A stretch of 64,000 bases of DNA from an uncultured Muribaculaceae bacterium (GCA_910585285.1 CAJUDL010000014.1:2174-66173); one strand, 5' to 3'; shown: positions 11,001 through 20,693, counted from the first letter of the stretch. Numbers and translations are program-made. The notes: generated from the sequence alone by a model not told the origin.

Positions 11001-11660
11001 GTGAAGAAAAGAATCAGCTATCTTCCGGGCACAAAGACGGAGGCTTACAGCATAAGAACTATTCTTGAAGAATCTAAAACAGGTTTGATTCCACTATTAT
11101 TCTCAGGTGATTCTGCCACTGAATCATCTTTCAAATCATACTCAGGGAAGAATCTTCAGTTAGCGCATATCGCCACACACGGATTCTACATTAGTGGCAA
11201 GACATCGGCAAATGATGAAGAGAATCTGACTCTTTCGAGATCCGGTTTACTATTTTCGGGTGCTGAAAAGACATTGTCGGCAAAAGACAGCATTCCCTAC
11301 AACATGGAAGACGGAATACTCACGGCAGGAGAGATATCCACTCTTGATCTCAGAAATCTTAGACTCGTGGTGCTTAGTGCCTGTCAAACTGCTTTGGGAG
11401 AGATACGTGGAGATGGTGTGTTTGGGCTACAGAGAGGTTTCAAAAAAGCCGGAGCAGGAAGCATATTGATGTCCTTATGGAAAGTTGATGATGAAGCTAC
11501 CGGCAAACTGATGACTGAATTTTACAAGAATCTGAGCGACGGAATGTCAAAATACGATGCTCTTGAAAAAGCGAAACGGAGCATACGCTCCGTTTCAGAA
11601 AAAGGTTGGGATGATCCCCGCTATTGGGGCGCCTTCATCCTTCTTGATGGTATTGAATGA
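8061..11660 (+). CDS. Secreted CHAT-domain (caspase-like) protein with helical/TPR-like N-terminal region
   Basis: Signal-peptide-like start at ATG 8061; IYFSPAGEL, HIATHGF (His), VLSACQT (Cys), SLWKVDD, YWGAF. Confidence 0.88.
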   Translation: MIKSFEKYARHAWLILILCMSCFYINASDPADLETQGDVIAGRKLAQFKAIDYYLPCFRLYKDKESKSRILEKTASLLERQNFLAKNTAVKIDSLIDEALPKFSKNPSFLLPLMEERVLKTTPGSAEMKERHKNLLLKIFEIRKKQNIAHDLKYEKLLRSYFKLIQYENNINPDEKIKVFDDLWQTYLANRNTNDPADLALLRSGCRLMSSSRHYEEEARLWEEMRTLQKGISGMSEDDRNSTLFNLAYACTNHAKKLLNEQADTLSAMNCVSKTLEHLGKVEGKENKAYIHVLDTYISILGNDSPEVIPYLKESVALKENLYGIESDEYRVTKEYLSDVENKLNPKTILSDDVLDMCNTDEISSLSTKISILDRNARYAEVVKECDKLIDKIVRSYNANSISNSIELTSELTAASLHTLTAYNELGRKDDIIRFGKGFCSNSNIPLSIRRMVLSFAIAFSADSNLPLEDINRLIDENVTLLRDSNEPVAAEDRRKDELKASALLIKGHTSDAIMSIRNLIDNIASNENTSQELIDKQIALLNIYTEICSYLTDDYETATAQNDICLKLLEKIPDYKTLKEYLSLLCRKVKYYDSDRNYKGVLELCAEIDKISGNTPESIDKFYSNNSMYTLFNTYACDLNLSILTDIKLRAMCNLGKRNDANDVADKTANEAINTVLFSLENLESRNLDAIARNLKIYNDRMANVAISMGCDSTLIKYFNFTLLYKQAFLTAENLLRLQIRESGDSKLIESLQRLDSVRSLIADRLKTGLPIENIKLEELQLQRYLSEHSKVYGDYLKTIRLTWEDVKNTLSPNDIVVEFIEYSSYLDNKSHIVALVLRHDWKAPKIIDLFPVSEIPTNPYKDKTFSLMCWDKLLPFFKNVQNIYFSPAGELYGINIESLPTPRNEGLLSYHYNIYRLSSSRELAKIKNNNPMNNGYAAIYGGINYNASRDALVSETTNLANGKPADRCPDDLLSEIRGVKKRISYLPGTKTEAYSIRTILEESKTGLIPLLFSGDSATESSFKSYSGKNLQLAHIATHGFYISGKTSANDEENLTLSRSGLLFSGAEKTLSAKDSIPYNMEDGILTAGEISTLDLRNLRLVVLSACQTALGEIRGDGVFGLQRGFKKAGAGSILMSLWKVDDEATGKLMTEFYKNLSDGMSKYDALEKAKRSIRSVSEKGWDDPRYWGAFILLDGIE

Positions 11661-11713
11661 TCAAATAGATTCCTCCAAAAATTAAGGAAAGAATTTAACC
11701 AAACAAGTTTGTA

Positions 11714-12601
11714 TTATACTAATTTGATCCATTGATCGCGATCGCCGGGAAGCAGATCAATCACCGGAATCTCAATCATGGTGTAGCAACCGGGATTGAG
11801 ACGGAATGTAGCTCTGGCACAAGCCACAAGAATCTGCGCTGTCAATGCCGGGTTATTGATAGCCATATCGAATTCAAAGCGTTGGCTATGTGTTTTGCCC
11901 GACACCCCTTTGCGAACCATATGCACACCATGACCCACATCCTTAAGAGCATCCACACTCTCTACTGCCATAACATGAGTTTCATCAGAAGCAAAATATG
12001 GATCTTCCTTTATGCTCTTCGCCACATCCGCAAGTTCATAGCCGGGAAGCAGCTCCACATATACCATCCGGCGGTGAATACCGGTACCCAGAGGAATTGT
12101 CATTGACAACGCATTCTTGACTCCTTCCTTGGATTTAACGGCAACTGTGTGTCCCATACTCATGCCGGGACCAAAGTTTGTATATGTGATTCCCTTGGGA
12201 GCGATTGCTTCAAAAAGTGTACGGACAATTGAATCGCTGCCCGGATCCCAACCGGCGGAAAGCACACTGACTGCATTCCCCGCTTTAGCTTCTTTGTCGA
12301 GTCGTTTGCGAAGCTCGGGTATCTGACCATGGATATCAAATGAATCCACAGTATTGATTCCCATTGCAAGAATCTCTTTGGCATGTTCTTCAACACTTCG
12401 TGTAGGAGTGGCAAGGATTGCCACATCGACATCCTTAAGTTCCTTTATCGATCCTACCACAGGGATATCGGCAGGGATGCTATCCCTGTCTGCAGGGTTA
12501 CGACGCACAATGCCTGCAATCTCAAAATCCGGAGCTGCCTCTATTGCCTCAAGAGAGTAGCGTCCGATATTGCCATATCCTACAATTGCTATTCTTTTCA
12601 T
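11714..12601 (-). CDS. ddh: meso-Diaminopimelate D-dehydrogenase
   Basis: GYGNIG, NTVDSFDIH, GWDPG, FGPGMSMGH. Confidence 0.95.
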   Translation of the reverse strand: MKRIAIVGYGNIGRYSLEAIEAAPDFEIAGIVRRNPADRDSIPADIPVVGSIKELKDVDVAILATPTRSVEEHAKEILAMGINTVDSFDIHGQIPELRKRLDKEAKAGNAVSVLSAGWDPGSDSIVRTLFEAIAPKGITYTNFGPGMSMGHTVAVKSKEGVKNALSMTIPLGTGIHRRMVYVELLPGYELADVAKSIKEDPYFASDETHVMAVESVDALKDVGHGVHMVRKGVSGKTHSQRFEFDMAINNPALTAQILVACARATFRLNPGCYTMIEIPVIDLLPGDRDQWIKLV

Positions 12602-12640
12602 TGTTTTCGGGTAATATATTTATTTTGTAACTTCTCAAAA

Positions 12641-13300
12641 TCAGAATACTATTCTCCCCTTCTTCGCCTGTTCGAGCATTTTCTTTCCGGGAACAAGATA
12701 AACCTCAAGACGACGATTTTTCTCTCTATTCGTCAAGGAATTGTTTTCCACTAAAGGCATATCGTCGCCATAAGCATAGGAGAAGAGATAACGCGTGTCG
12801 CAACCCTCCTTGACAAACCAGTCGAACAATGCAGTGGAACGTTCTTCCGTGATATGCTCACGATATTTCTCCGAACCCGTGTTGTCGGTATGCATTACAA
12901 GCAGGACCCGATACATATCAGGCTCCCGCAGGTAGCGTTTCAGAGGCGCAAGCAGCGTAGTCGCATCTTTTCTCACTTCAACTTCGTTGGGAGAGAAAAG
13001 CTTGGAAGCAGGAATTGTGACAAGAAGCACCTCTTTATTACGATAGGTCTCGACCATTGAGGAATTTTTCGCATTGTATTCCTTGTTATAAAGACGTGTT
13101 CTACCCTCCTTCTCCTGAAACTTGCGTATAAGATCCGCACTCTTCCCGTCAAGCTCCACGCTGTTTATCATCTCGCGGAATGACAATTCATCAAGGGCAT
13201 CTATACGCTGCAACGGAGTCTCCCCGGCAGCGCAAAGAGCCGGCAAGAAAACCGAGGCTACGAGACAGCTCTTAAAAAACGTCCTCAATCGATTCCTCAT
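12641..13300 (-). CDS. OmpA C-terminal-domain periplasmic protein
   Basis: HTDNTGS, NRRLEVYL, N-terminal signal peptide. Confidence 0.85.
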   Translation of the reverse strand: MRNRLRTFFKSCLVASVFLPALCAAGETPLQRIDALDELSFREMINSVELDGKSADLIRKFQEKEGRTRLYNKEYNAKNSSMVETYRNKEVLLVTIPASKLFSPNEVEVRKDATTLLAPLKRYLREPDMYRVLLVMHTDNTGSEKYREHITEERSTALFDWFVKEGCDTRYLFSYAYGDDMPLVENNSLTNREKNRRLEVYLVPGKKMLEQAKKGRIVF

Positions 13301-13592
13301 ATTCAAGTTCTCCTTTAACAATCATGTCAATGTCGGCAGGATCCATCACAATTTCGCCATCCTTCTTTATCTCCTTGGCTACATATGCCGTGAGCTTGGC
13401 TACATCAAGTTCTTCCTCTTCCGTGACTCCGGCATCTATCTTCAGATAACCGTTTCTCTCATACCAATCCCAGATAATATCTATCACGTAGAGTATTTCA
13501 TCGTCATCATAACGTTCGCTCACTTCCTGAGGAAGAGTGGCACGGATGAATTTTATAGCGTCATCCTCGTCATATTTCATCAATTCACTCAT
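13272..13592 (-). CDS. Acidic hypothetical protein
   Basis: 106-aa ORF co-oriented within the operon, strongly D/E-rich. Confidence 0.75.
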   Translation of the reverse strand: MSELMKYDEDDAIKFIRATLPQEVSERYDDDEILYVIDIIWDWYERNGYLKIDAGVTEEEELDVAKLTAYVAKEIKKDGEIVMDPADIDMIVKGELEYEESIEDVF

Positions 13593-13604
13593 AGCTTTTC
13601 CTGT

Positions 13605-14141
13605 TTATTCCTCTTTACGGTTAAGCGTAATCAACCCTTCAGGCAAAGAGGTATGAATCTCTTTATTTTCCTCATCTATATTGATAATAAAATCATCGAC
13701 AAGAGGAATATAGATTTCCTCTTCTTCCGGTGTCTTGACAACCATCAGTTCATTTTCTGTCGAATCATCTATATATTCCAATATTCCAATTTCACCGAAA
13801 TGGGTGTCGACAACCTTGAATCCCTCAAGATCGTCTTCATACATCACATCTCCTACATATTCCTGCAAAACATCCTTGGGTACGGATATGGAACTGTTGA
13901 CCAGTTCGGTAGCATCTTCCACGGTATCCACACCCTCAAGCTTTATGAGAAATGAAGTGGCACCCTTTGGACGGATGGATTCTGCATAATACGGCACCGG
14001 AATGCCATCGGTCTCTATCACCAGAGGATTTCCATCCTCAACATATTCCTCCGGAATATCAAGGATAGCATTCAGTTCTCCCTTCAACGCATGGGTTCTC
14101 TGGAACTTTCCTATCTCTATAAGATTATTCTTATCAATCAT
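13605..14141 (-). CDS. rimM: Ribosome maturation factor RimM
   Basis: IGKFQRTHALKGEL, PRC-barrel-like C-terminus, LPEGL. Confidence 0.93.
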   Translation of the reverse strand: MIDKNNLIEIGKFQRTHALKGELNAILDIPEEYVEDGNPLVIETDGIPVPYYAESIRPKGATSFLIKLEGVDTVEDATELVNSSISVPKDVLQEYVGDVMYEDDLEGFKVVDTHFGEIGILEYIDDSTENELMVVKTPEEEEIYIPLVDDFIINIDEENKEIHTSLPEGLITLNRKEE

Positions 14142-14153
14142 TCCCGTCGATTA

Positions 14154-15467
14154 TCAATCATCTATTCTAATGATTTTTGCTCCAAGTCGGTTCAGCCGAA
14201 GATCAATATTTTCATATCCACGGTCGATTTGTCCAATATTCTGGATCTTGCTTGTGCCTTTCGCCCCCATCGCAGCTATAAGCATCGCGATACCGGCACG
14301 AATATCCGGTGAAACCATATCTGTGGCTCGAAGGCAATTGAAATGGCCCGAACCGATCACGACAGCCCTGTGAGGATCACATAATATGATGCGCGCGCCC
14401 ATATCCAAAAGTTTGTCGACAAAGAAAAGTCGACTTTCAAACATCTTCTGATGTATCAATACACTTCCTCGCGCCTGCGTACAAACCACGAGAAAAATAC
14501 TTATCAAGTCAGGAGAAAGCCCGGGCCACGGCGCATCCGCAATCGTCAGCGTTGATCCGTCTATGAAATTCTCTATCTCATATATCTCCTTCTGATCTAT
14601 ACGTATGTCATCACCCTCTATCTGAAGATGAATACCTATCCTTTCAAAAATCTCGGGCATAAGACCGAGATCCTTGACTCCGACATTCTTCAGCAAGAGA
14701 TTCGATCCGGTCATCGCCGCCATACCGATGAAGCTTCCGACTTCGATCATATCGGGAAGGAGACGATGTTGTGTGCCGCCAAGGTGTTTTTTTCCATGAA
14801 TTGTCAGAAGATTTGAACCAATTCCATCTATCTCAGCACCCATGCGGCAAAGCATCTTACAAAGCTGCTGTATATACGGCTCGCAAGCGGCGTTATAAAT
14901 AGTAGTGGCACCTTCAGCAAGAACAGCTGCCATTACTATATTCGCAGTTCCTGTGATCGAAGCCTCGTCAAGAAGCATGTAATCTCCGTGAAGTCCTTCT
15001 GGAGCAGATATGCGATACAATCCCACTTCTGTAGCATATTCAAACCTGGCGCCGAGTTTCTGAAGACCGAAGAAATGAGTGTCAAGACGACGACGGCCGA
15101 TTTTGTCACCACCGGGTTTAGGAAGCACTGCCTGTCCGAAGCGGGCAACAAGCGGACCAAGTATCATCACGGATCCTCTTAAGGAGGCTGCCTTCTTTCG
15201 GTATTCAGGAGTTTGAATATAATTTATATCGATCGCATCAGCCTGAAATTCACAGGTAGATTCATCAATATAATTTACTTTCACCCCCATCTCTGCAAGA
15301 AGATTGATGAGATTTGTCACGTCAAGAATGCGTGGAAGGTTCGAAATAGTCACTTTCTCGTCGGTGAGAACTGTGGCACATATCACCTCCAACGCTTCGT
15401 TCTTGGCTCCCTTGGGACTGATCTCGCCACATAGACGATGTCCTCCTTCTACTATAAAACTACTCAT
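14154..15467 (-). CDS. murA: UDP-N-acetylglucosamine 1-carboxyvinyltransferase
   Basis: GAKNEA, PGGDKIGRR (Asp at the catalytic Cys position), FESR, PDIRAG, IDRGYE. Confidence 0.97.
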   Translation of the reverse strand: MSSFIVEGGHRLCGEISPKGAKNEALEVICATVLTDEKVTISNLPRILDVTNLINLLAEMGVKVNYIDESTCEFQADAIDINYIQTPEYRKKAASLRGSVMILGPLVARFGQAVLPKPGGDKIGRRRLDTHFFGLQKLGARFEYATEVGLYRISAPEGLHGDYMLLDEASITGTANIVMAAVLAEGATTIYNAACEPYIQQLCKMLCRMGAEIDGIGSNLLTIHGKKHLGGTQHRLLPDMIEVGSFIGMAAMTGSNLLLKNVGVKDLGLMPEIFERIGIHLQIEGDDIRIDQKEIYEIENFIDGSTLTIADAPWPGLSPDLISIFLVVCTQARGSVLIHQKMFESRLFFVDKLLDMGARIILCDPHRAVVIGSGHFNCLRATDMVSPDIRAGIAMLIAAMGAKGTSKIQNIGQIDRGYENIDLRLNRLGAKIIRIDD

Positions 15468-16057
15468 TTTTTCTTCTTTTTGCCTTTCGGCGGGTTCACC
15501 GGAGTTGCCTCCTTGAATTCATGCAAAAGATATGTCTCCGGATCGAGGTCTATCTTACCATGCGAATATTCCTTAAGATCGCGAAGTATCTTGGCATCAT
15601 CAACTCCCTCCTTATTATGAATGAGCATGAGTTTCTTCATATGATGCGCAATGAGGGAGATGAGAATATCCTTCTCCTCTCCATCCTCCATATCCGCAAC
15701 CTTCTCTATCATTTTCTCTATGCTCTTTCCATAATGGCGATAACGCATAGCTGAAGCAGTATAGGGGATTTTTTCCGGTTTGGGATTCAATTTGTCAGCT
15801 GTCACCACATCACATGGAAAATCAATATCAAGTTGAAAACGGGATATTATGTTTATCTGATCCCAGATTTGAGAATAGTCATGATCCGCCCCAACAAGCT
15901 CAGGAAAAAGATTTGCCATAATGTCGGCTATGGCAAACGCACATTTTGTGCGTTCCTCTCTGTCGGGGATGGATACACAATAATCTATCATCCCCTGGAC
16001 ATTCCTTCCGAACTCTGGCAGTGTGATCGGTTTTAAATCTGTATTATAAGGTATCAT
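15464..16057 (-). CDS. DUF4290 family protein
   Basis: YNT..LPEFGRNVQ and YRHYGK motifs; usual position upstream of murA in Bacteroidetes. Confidence 0.85.
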   Translation of the reverse strand: MIPYNTDLKPITLPEFGRNVQGMIDYCVSIPDREERTKCAFAIADIMANLFPELVGADHDYSQIWDQINIISRFQLDIDFPCDVVTADKLNPKPEKIPYTASAMRYRHYGKSIEKMIEKVADMEDGEEKDILISLIAHHMKKLMLIHNKEGVDDAKILRDLKEYSHGKIDLDPETYLLHEFKEATPVNPPKGKKKKK

Positions 16058-16071
16058 CTTGGGTTCTATAT

Positions 16072-16265
16072 TGAAGTGATTTAAACTTTTTTCATCGTTA
16101 AGCTTCGTTAAGATTTTGAGAATATTTTCAATATTGAGGAAGGAGCATAGCGGGCTATGCGACTGACGAAATATTGGAAATATACCAAAATATTAATGAA
16201 GATTGATGATGAAGAATACATTTTTTACTTTTATTGGTTTTTCGTAAAAAGTTTAAACCACTTCA
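16072..16265. other. Long nested inverted-repeat element (candidate structured RNA)
   Basis: Four nested stems filling the tsaB-DUF4290 intergenic region; see findings. Confidence 0.7.
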
Positions 16266-16322
16266 TTGTTCAACTTACAAATATAACAATATTTGTTGAG
16301 ATTTCTTCAAAAACTCATCTAA

Positions 16323-17015
16323 TTATATCTTGCATCTTGGTGTGGTGGTCTGATACTCCTTGAGATATTCAGGCACAGAATAAGCAATATCAAGGAAATC
16401 TCCTTCCCTAAATGCTTTCTCCGACAAGGCAAGCATATCCTTTGCCATTGGATTGAGACCATCCATCCAATGTGCGTTGGGTGATTTTATAACTTCCTTG
16501 GCTTTTTCCGCGCCATCCCCCATAAACCACACCTCCCGCTCTGCAAGCAAAGAGGCATATGAGTTTTCATCGAGAATCATGGGTGCCGGACCGTCCAAAG
16601 CATTCAACGCGAAATCATAAGCACCTGTAAACACTTCCATGCGACGCGCATCAATCATCGGAGCAAGTATCTCTTCTCCCGTGAAGTTAAAATTGCGGAA
16701 CATAGCTTTCACGGCGAGAATCTTCAATGTGCTGACTCCGATCAGCGGCACTCCCAAACTGAAAGCAAGACCTTTGGCAAGTGAAAGCCCGATACGCAGA
16801 CCTGTGTAGGAACCGGGTCCGATGCTTACTGCAACGGCATCAAGCTTCCATTCTTTGCGTTTCACCTCTTCCATTGCACGCTCCACGAATGGTGCAAGCA
16901 ATTCGGCATGTTTCATGCCATCACTATTATCCAGATCAAATTCCAAGACTCCCTCTCGTGTCAATGCAACTGAACAGGTTTTACCGGAAGTTTCTATATT
17001 TAGTATTGTCGCCAT
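16323..17015 (-). CDS. tsaB: t6A biosynthesis protein TsaB
   Basis: IETS, GPGSYTGLRIG, IDARRMEV. Confidence 0.95.
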   Translation of the reverse strand: MATILNIETSGKTCSVALTREGVLEFDLDNSDGMKHAELLAPFVERAMEEVKRKEWKLDAVAVSIGPGSYTGLRIGLSLAKGLAFSLGVPLIGVSTLKILAVKAMFRNFNFTGEEILAPMIDARRMEVFTGAYDFALNALDGPAPMILDENSYASLLAEREVWFMGDGAEKAKEVIKSPNAHWMDGLNPMAKDMLALSEKAFREGDFLDIAYSVPEYLKEYQTTTPRCKI

Positions 17016-17054
17016 AACTTTTTAAGTAAAAGGTTAAAGGTAAGAAGTTAAAGG

Positions 17055-18620
17055 TTAGAGGTGAGAGGCTGCAATAGATTCCATGCAGCGGATTCCATCG
17101 ATAGCTGCAGAGATGATTCCCCCCGCATACCCTGCACCCTCTCCTGCCGGATAGAGTCTTCGGATTTCTTCGTGTTCGAGAGTCTCTTTGTCTCGGGGCA
17201 ATCTAACAGGAGAGGATGTGCGTGATTCCAAACCAAGCAGGATTGCCTCATTTGTCAAGAAACCGGGGCATTTACGCCCGAAGTCCTTGAAACCTTCCCT
17301 TAACCGCCAGGAAATAAACGGTGGGAAAAGTCGATTGAAATCAACGGGATGAATACCCGGAGCATAAGATGTGGAGGGCAATGTCTTTGAAATCTTGCCG
17401 TCTGTAAAATCTTTCATACGCTGCGCGGGAGCGTTGATAGTCTCACCTGCTTCTTCATAAAACTTATGTTCCAGATCTTCTTGCAGCTGGAGTATCTCCA
17501 ATGATCCAAATTCCTCATATTCCGGGAAATCTCCGGGGCGAATCTCCACAACCATCCCGGAGTTGGCTTTTTCGCCTGCACGGGCTGAGGCTGACATACC
17601 GTTGACAACAAGCTCATTCTCGGCACTTCCGGCTGGCACCACAACACCTCCCGGACACATGCAGAAGGAATATACTCCGCGACCTTCAACTTGGGTGACA
17701 TAATTATATTCGGCAGACGGGAGATATTTACCTCGACCCTTTTCGGAATGATATTGAAGACGATCGATAAGCGCCTGTGGATGCTCAAGACGCACACCAA
17801 TTGCAATACCTTTTGATTCCATTTTAACTCCATCAGAATGCAATCTTCGGAATGTATCATGAGCAGAGTGTCCGGTAGCGAGTATCACCGAATCACCCAT
17901 TATTTCCTTATTACCTTCAGCCACCACACCTTTTGCAACGCCGTCTTCTACAATCAGAGATTCGACTTTGGTCTGAAACATTACCTCTCCGCCGCAATCA
18001 ATAATCGTCTGACGGATATTCTTGATAACATGTGGCAAGCGATCGCTGCCGATATGCGGATGAGCATCGATAAGTATATCAGGATGGGCGCCATGTTGCA
18101 CAAGAAGCTGTAAAACTTCCTCTACATTCCCTCTTTTTTTGCTACGTGTGTATAGTTTGCCATCGCTGTATGCCCCGGCACCACCCTCTCCGAAACAATA
18201 ATTGGAATTAGGATTTATTTTGCCTTCCCTGCTTATGTTGGCAATATCAATACGTCTGGAATCAACATCCTTCCCACGCTCAACAATTATCGGTCTGAAT
18301 CCCGCTTCTATAGCTTTCAAGGCTGCAAACAGACCTGCAGGACCTGCACCAACGATTACTACCCGCGAAGCGTCTTCTTTAACCGGCGAAAATTCCACTG
18401 GTCGAAGCAGCGCAGAAATATGAGTGTCATTTCCGGTTGCCACCTTTACGGTGAGATTCACAATTATATTTTTTTTGCGGGCATCGATAGAACGTTTCAC
18501 GATTCTGAAATCATTGACATCGGAAGATGGCACTTTCATCTCGCGAAGCACAGCCTCTCTCAATAATTGCTCTTCGGCTGCCACAGCCGGAGAAACCCGC
18601 ATGCTTATATCTTGAATCAT
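17055..18620 (-). CDS. FAD-dependent oxidoreductase
   Basis: GAGPAG, FGEGGAGAYSDGKL, FCMCPGG, GEGAGYAGGI. Confidence 0.9.
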   Translation of the reverse strand: MIQDISMRVSPAVAAEEQLLREAVLREMKVPSSDVNDFRIVKRSIDARKKNIIVNLTVKVATGNDTHISALLRPVEFSPVKEDASRVVIVGAGPAGLFAALKAIEAGFRPIIVERGKDVDSRRIDIANISREGKINPNSNYCFGEGGAGAYSDGKLYTRSKKRGNVEEVLQLLVQHGAHPDILIDAHPHIGSDRLPHVIKNIRQTIIDCGGEVMFQTKVESLIVEDGVAKGVVAEGNKEIMGDSVILATGHSAHDTFRRLHSDGVKMESKGIAIGVRLEHPQALIDRLQYHSEKGRGKYLPSAEYNYVTQVEGRGVYSFCMCPGGVVVPAGSAENELVVNGMSASARAGEKANSGMVVEIRPGDFPEYEEFGSLEILQLQEDLEHKFYEEAGETINAPAQRMKDFTDGKISKTLPSTSYAPGIHPVDFNRLFPPFISWRLREGFKDFGRKCPGFLTNEAILLGLESRTSSPVRLPRDKETLEHEEIRRLYPAGEGAGYAGGIISAAIDGIRCMESIAASHL

Positions 18621-18710
18621 AATTATAGCTTTTCAAACAACAAAATTACTCATTATTTAATAAATTTGACTAATTTTGCACCTATTATATGCAACAAAAC
18701 ACATTAAAAT

Positions 18711-19364
18711 ATGGCGAATAAAACCATCGGAGCACTTTTCGACCTCGACGGAGTCCTCATTGACAGCGAAAGCGAATACACACGTGTATGGAGTGAGGTT
18801 CACCGCCGGTTCCCAACCCAGCACCCTGATATGCCACATAGAATCAAGGGAATGACCCTTGACAACATCATTGCCACATATTACGAGGCAGATGGTCTTG
18901 GCGATAAAGTGAGAGATACACTTCACCTTCTGGAAGCTGAAATGAAATATGAATGGCTTCCGGGTGCCAAAGATTTTGTCACATGGCTAATAGAGATGAA
19001 TGTACCCCGCGCTCTTGTCACAAGCAGCGATGACAAAAAGATGGAACATCTTCGCGAAGAGATTCCCGAACTTGAAGGGATGATGACTGAACTCGTCACC
19101 GCTGACAAAATCACAAGATCGAAACCGGATCCGGAAGGATATCTTCTCGGTGCAAGACTGCTCGGTGTGGATCCGCGAAACTGCGTGGTTTTTGAAGATT
19201 CAATGCAGGGTGTCAAGGCTGGTCAGGCATCGGGGGCTTATGTAGTGGGTATTGCCGGCACGCTTCCAGCTTCAGCCATTGAACCTTATTGCGATTTGGT
19301 TGTAAATAATCTTGGAGAGATTGACCGCGAATCCCTCCTCTCAACCCTATCCTCTCGCCATTAA
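18711..19364 (+). CDS. HAD-family phosphatase
   Basis: FDLDGVLIDSE, KPDPEGY, VFEDS. Confidence 0.92.
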   Translation: MANKTIGALFDLDGVLIDSESEYTRVWSEVHRRFPTQHPDMPHRIKGMTLDNIIATYYEADGLGDKVRDTLHLLEAEMKYEWLPGAKDFVTWLIEMNVPRALVTSSDDKKMEHLREEIPELEGMMTELVTADKITRSKPDPEGYLLGARLLGVDPRNCVVFEDSMQGVKAGQASGAYVVGIAGTLPASAIEPYCDLVVNNLGEIDRESLLSTLSSRH

Positions 19365-19417
19365 ACTTCCTGCGCGCAATATATTAAACATTCCCCATTA
19401 AACATTAAACATTATTT

Positions 19418-20689
19418 ATGACCACCACTCCCCTTGCAGAAAGATTGCGACCCCGATCTCTTGAAGATTATATCGGACAGACTCATCTTGTTGGTTCCGA
19501 GGGCATTATCCGAAGAATGATTGAAACGGGAAGAGTCAACTCATTTATTCTATGGGGACCTCCGGGTGTTGGCAAAACAACGCTGGCTCGCATTATGGCA
19601 TCACAGACAGAGGTGCCCTTTTATACTCTCAGTGCCGTCACTTCGGGAGTAAAGGAGGTAAGGGAAGTGTTGGCGAGGTGCGAAGCGGATGCCCGCAGCA
19701 TGTTCGTGAAAGGGCGTCCTATTTTATTCATCGATGAAATTCACAGATTCAATAAATCCCAACAGGATTCATTGCTTGGAGCCGTAGAGAAAGGGACTGT
19801 TACACTTATTGGAGCCACAACGGAGAATCCATCATTCGAGGTGATTCGTCCTCTCCTCTCACGTGCCCAGGTTTATACACTAAAGCCCCTTGAACTTGAG
19901 GATCTTGAAAATCTCCTTGAGCGGGCACTTACGCAAGATGAAGTTCTGAAGAAACGTAAGTTCGATATAAAATCAAAAGACGCGCTTTTCAGATTTGCCG
20001 GAGGCGATGCCCGCAAGCTTCTCAATATAATTGACCTCATAGAGCAATCAACGCCTGATGGAGAAACCGTTGTGATCGATGACGATGTTGTCACCTCAAG
20101 GTTGCAGCAAAATCCTGCCGCATACGACCGTAACGGAGAGATGCATTATGACATCATCTCGGCATTCATCAAATCTATCCGAGGAAGCGACCCGCAAGCG
20201 GCAGTATACTGGCTTGCAAGAATGGTTGCCGGTGGCGAGGATCCGGCATTTATCGCACGCCGTCTTGTGATATTGGCAGCCGAAGATATTGGACTCGCCA
20301 ATCCAAATGCATTGCTGTTAGCTAATGCCACCTTCGACGCCCTGAACAAAATCGGCTGGCCCGAAGGACGAATCATCCTATCTGAATGCGCCATCTATCT
20401 CGCAAATTCGCCCAAAAGCAATTCTGCATATATGGCAATTGGAGAGGCATTGAATGCAGTGGAAAAAACCGGTAATCTTCCCGTACCGCTCCATCTCAGG
20501 AATGCCCCTACAAAACTGATGGCAGACCTCGGCTATCACCAGGGATATAAATACGCTCATGATTTCGAAGGCAACTATGTGAAGCAGCAATACCTCCCCT
20601 CCGAACTCGAAGGCTCCCGTTTCTGGCAGCCCGGCAACAACCCCTCCGAAGCCAAGATGCAGCAACGCCTCGACTCCCTCAATAGCTGA
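19418..20689 (+). CDS. rarA: Replication-associated recombination protein A
   Basis: PLAERLRP, GPPGVGKT, DEIHRFNK, SAFIKSIRGSD, VPLHLRNAPT. Confidence 0.96.
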   Translation: MTTTPLAERLRPRSLEDYIGQTHLVGSEGIIRRMIETGRVNSFILWGPPGVGKTTLARIMASQTEVPFYTLSAVTSGVKEVREVLARCEADARSMFVKGRPILFIDEIHRFNKSQQDSLLGAVEKGTVTLIGATTENPSFEVIRPLLSRAQVYTLKPLELEDLENLLERALTQDEVLKKRKFDIKSKDALFRFAGGDARKLLNIIDLIEQSTPDGETVVIDDDVVTSRLQQNPAAYDRNGEMHYDIISAFIKSIRGSDPQAAVYWLARMVAGGEDPAFIARRLVILAAEDIGLANPNALLLANATFDALNKIGWPEGRIILSECAIYLANSPKSNSAYMAIGEALNAVEKTGNLPVPLHLRNAPTKLMADLGYHQGYKYAHDFEGNYVKQQYLPSELEGSRFWQPGNNPSEAKMQQRLDSLNS

Positions 20690-20693
20690 TATA

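Noticed and set aside
8061..11660. Craspase or gasdermin defence system
   Set aside because: No Cas7-11, gasdermin or other effector gene adjacent; the protein looks exported.
14154..15467. MurA Cys-to-Asp substitution as acquired fosfomycin resistance
   Set aside because: Intrinsic variant expected in Bacteroidetes, in its normal gene context.
16072..16265. 6S RNA call
   Set aside because: Size and rod shape fit, but the bulge is one-sided rather than a central bubble and I saw no + strand promoter. Left unassigned pending an Rfam search.
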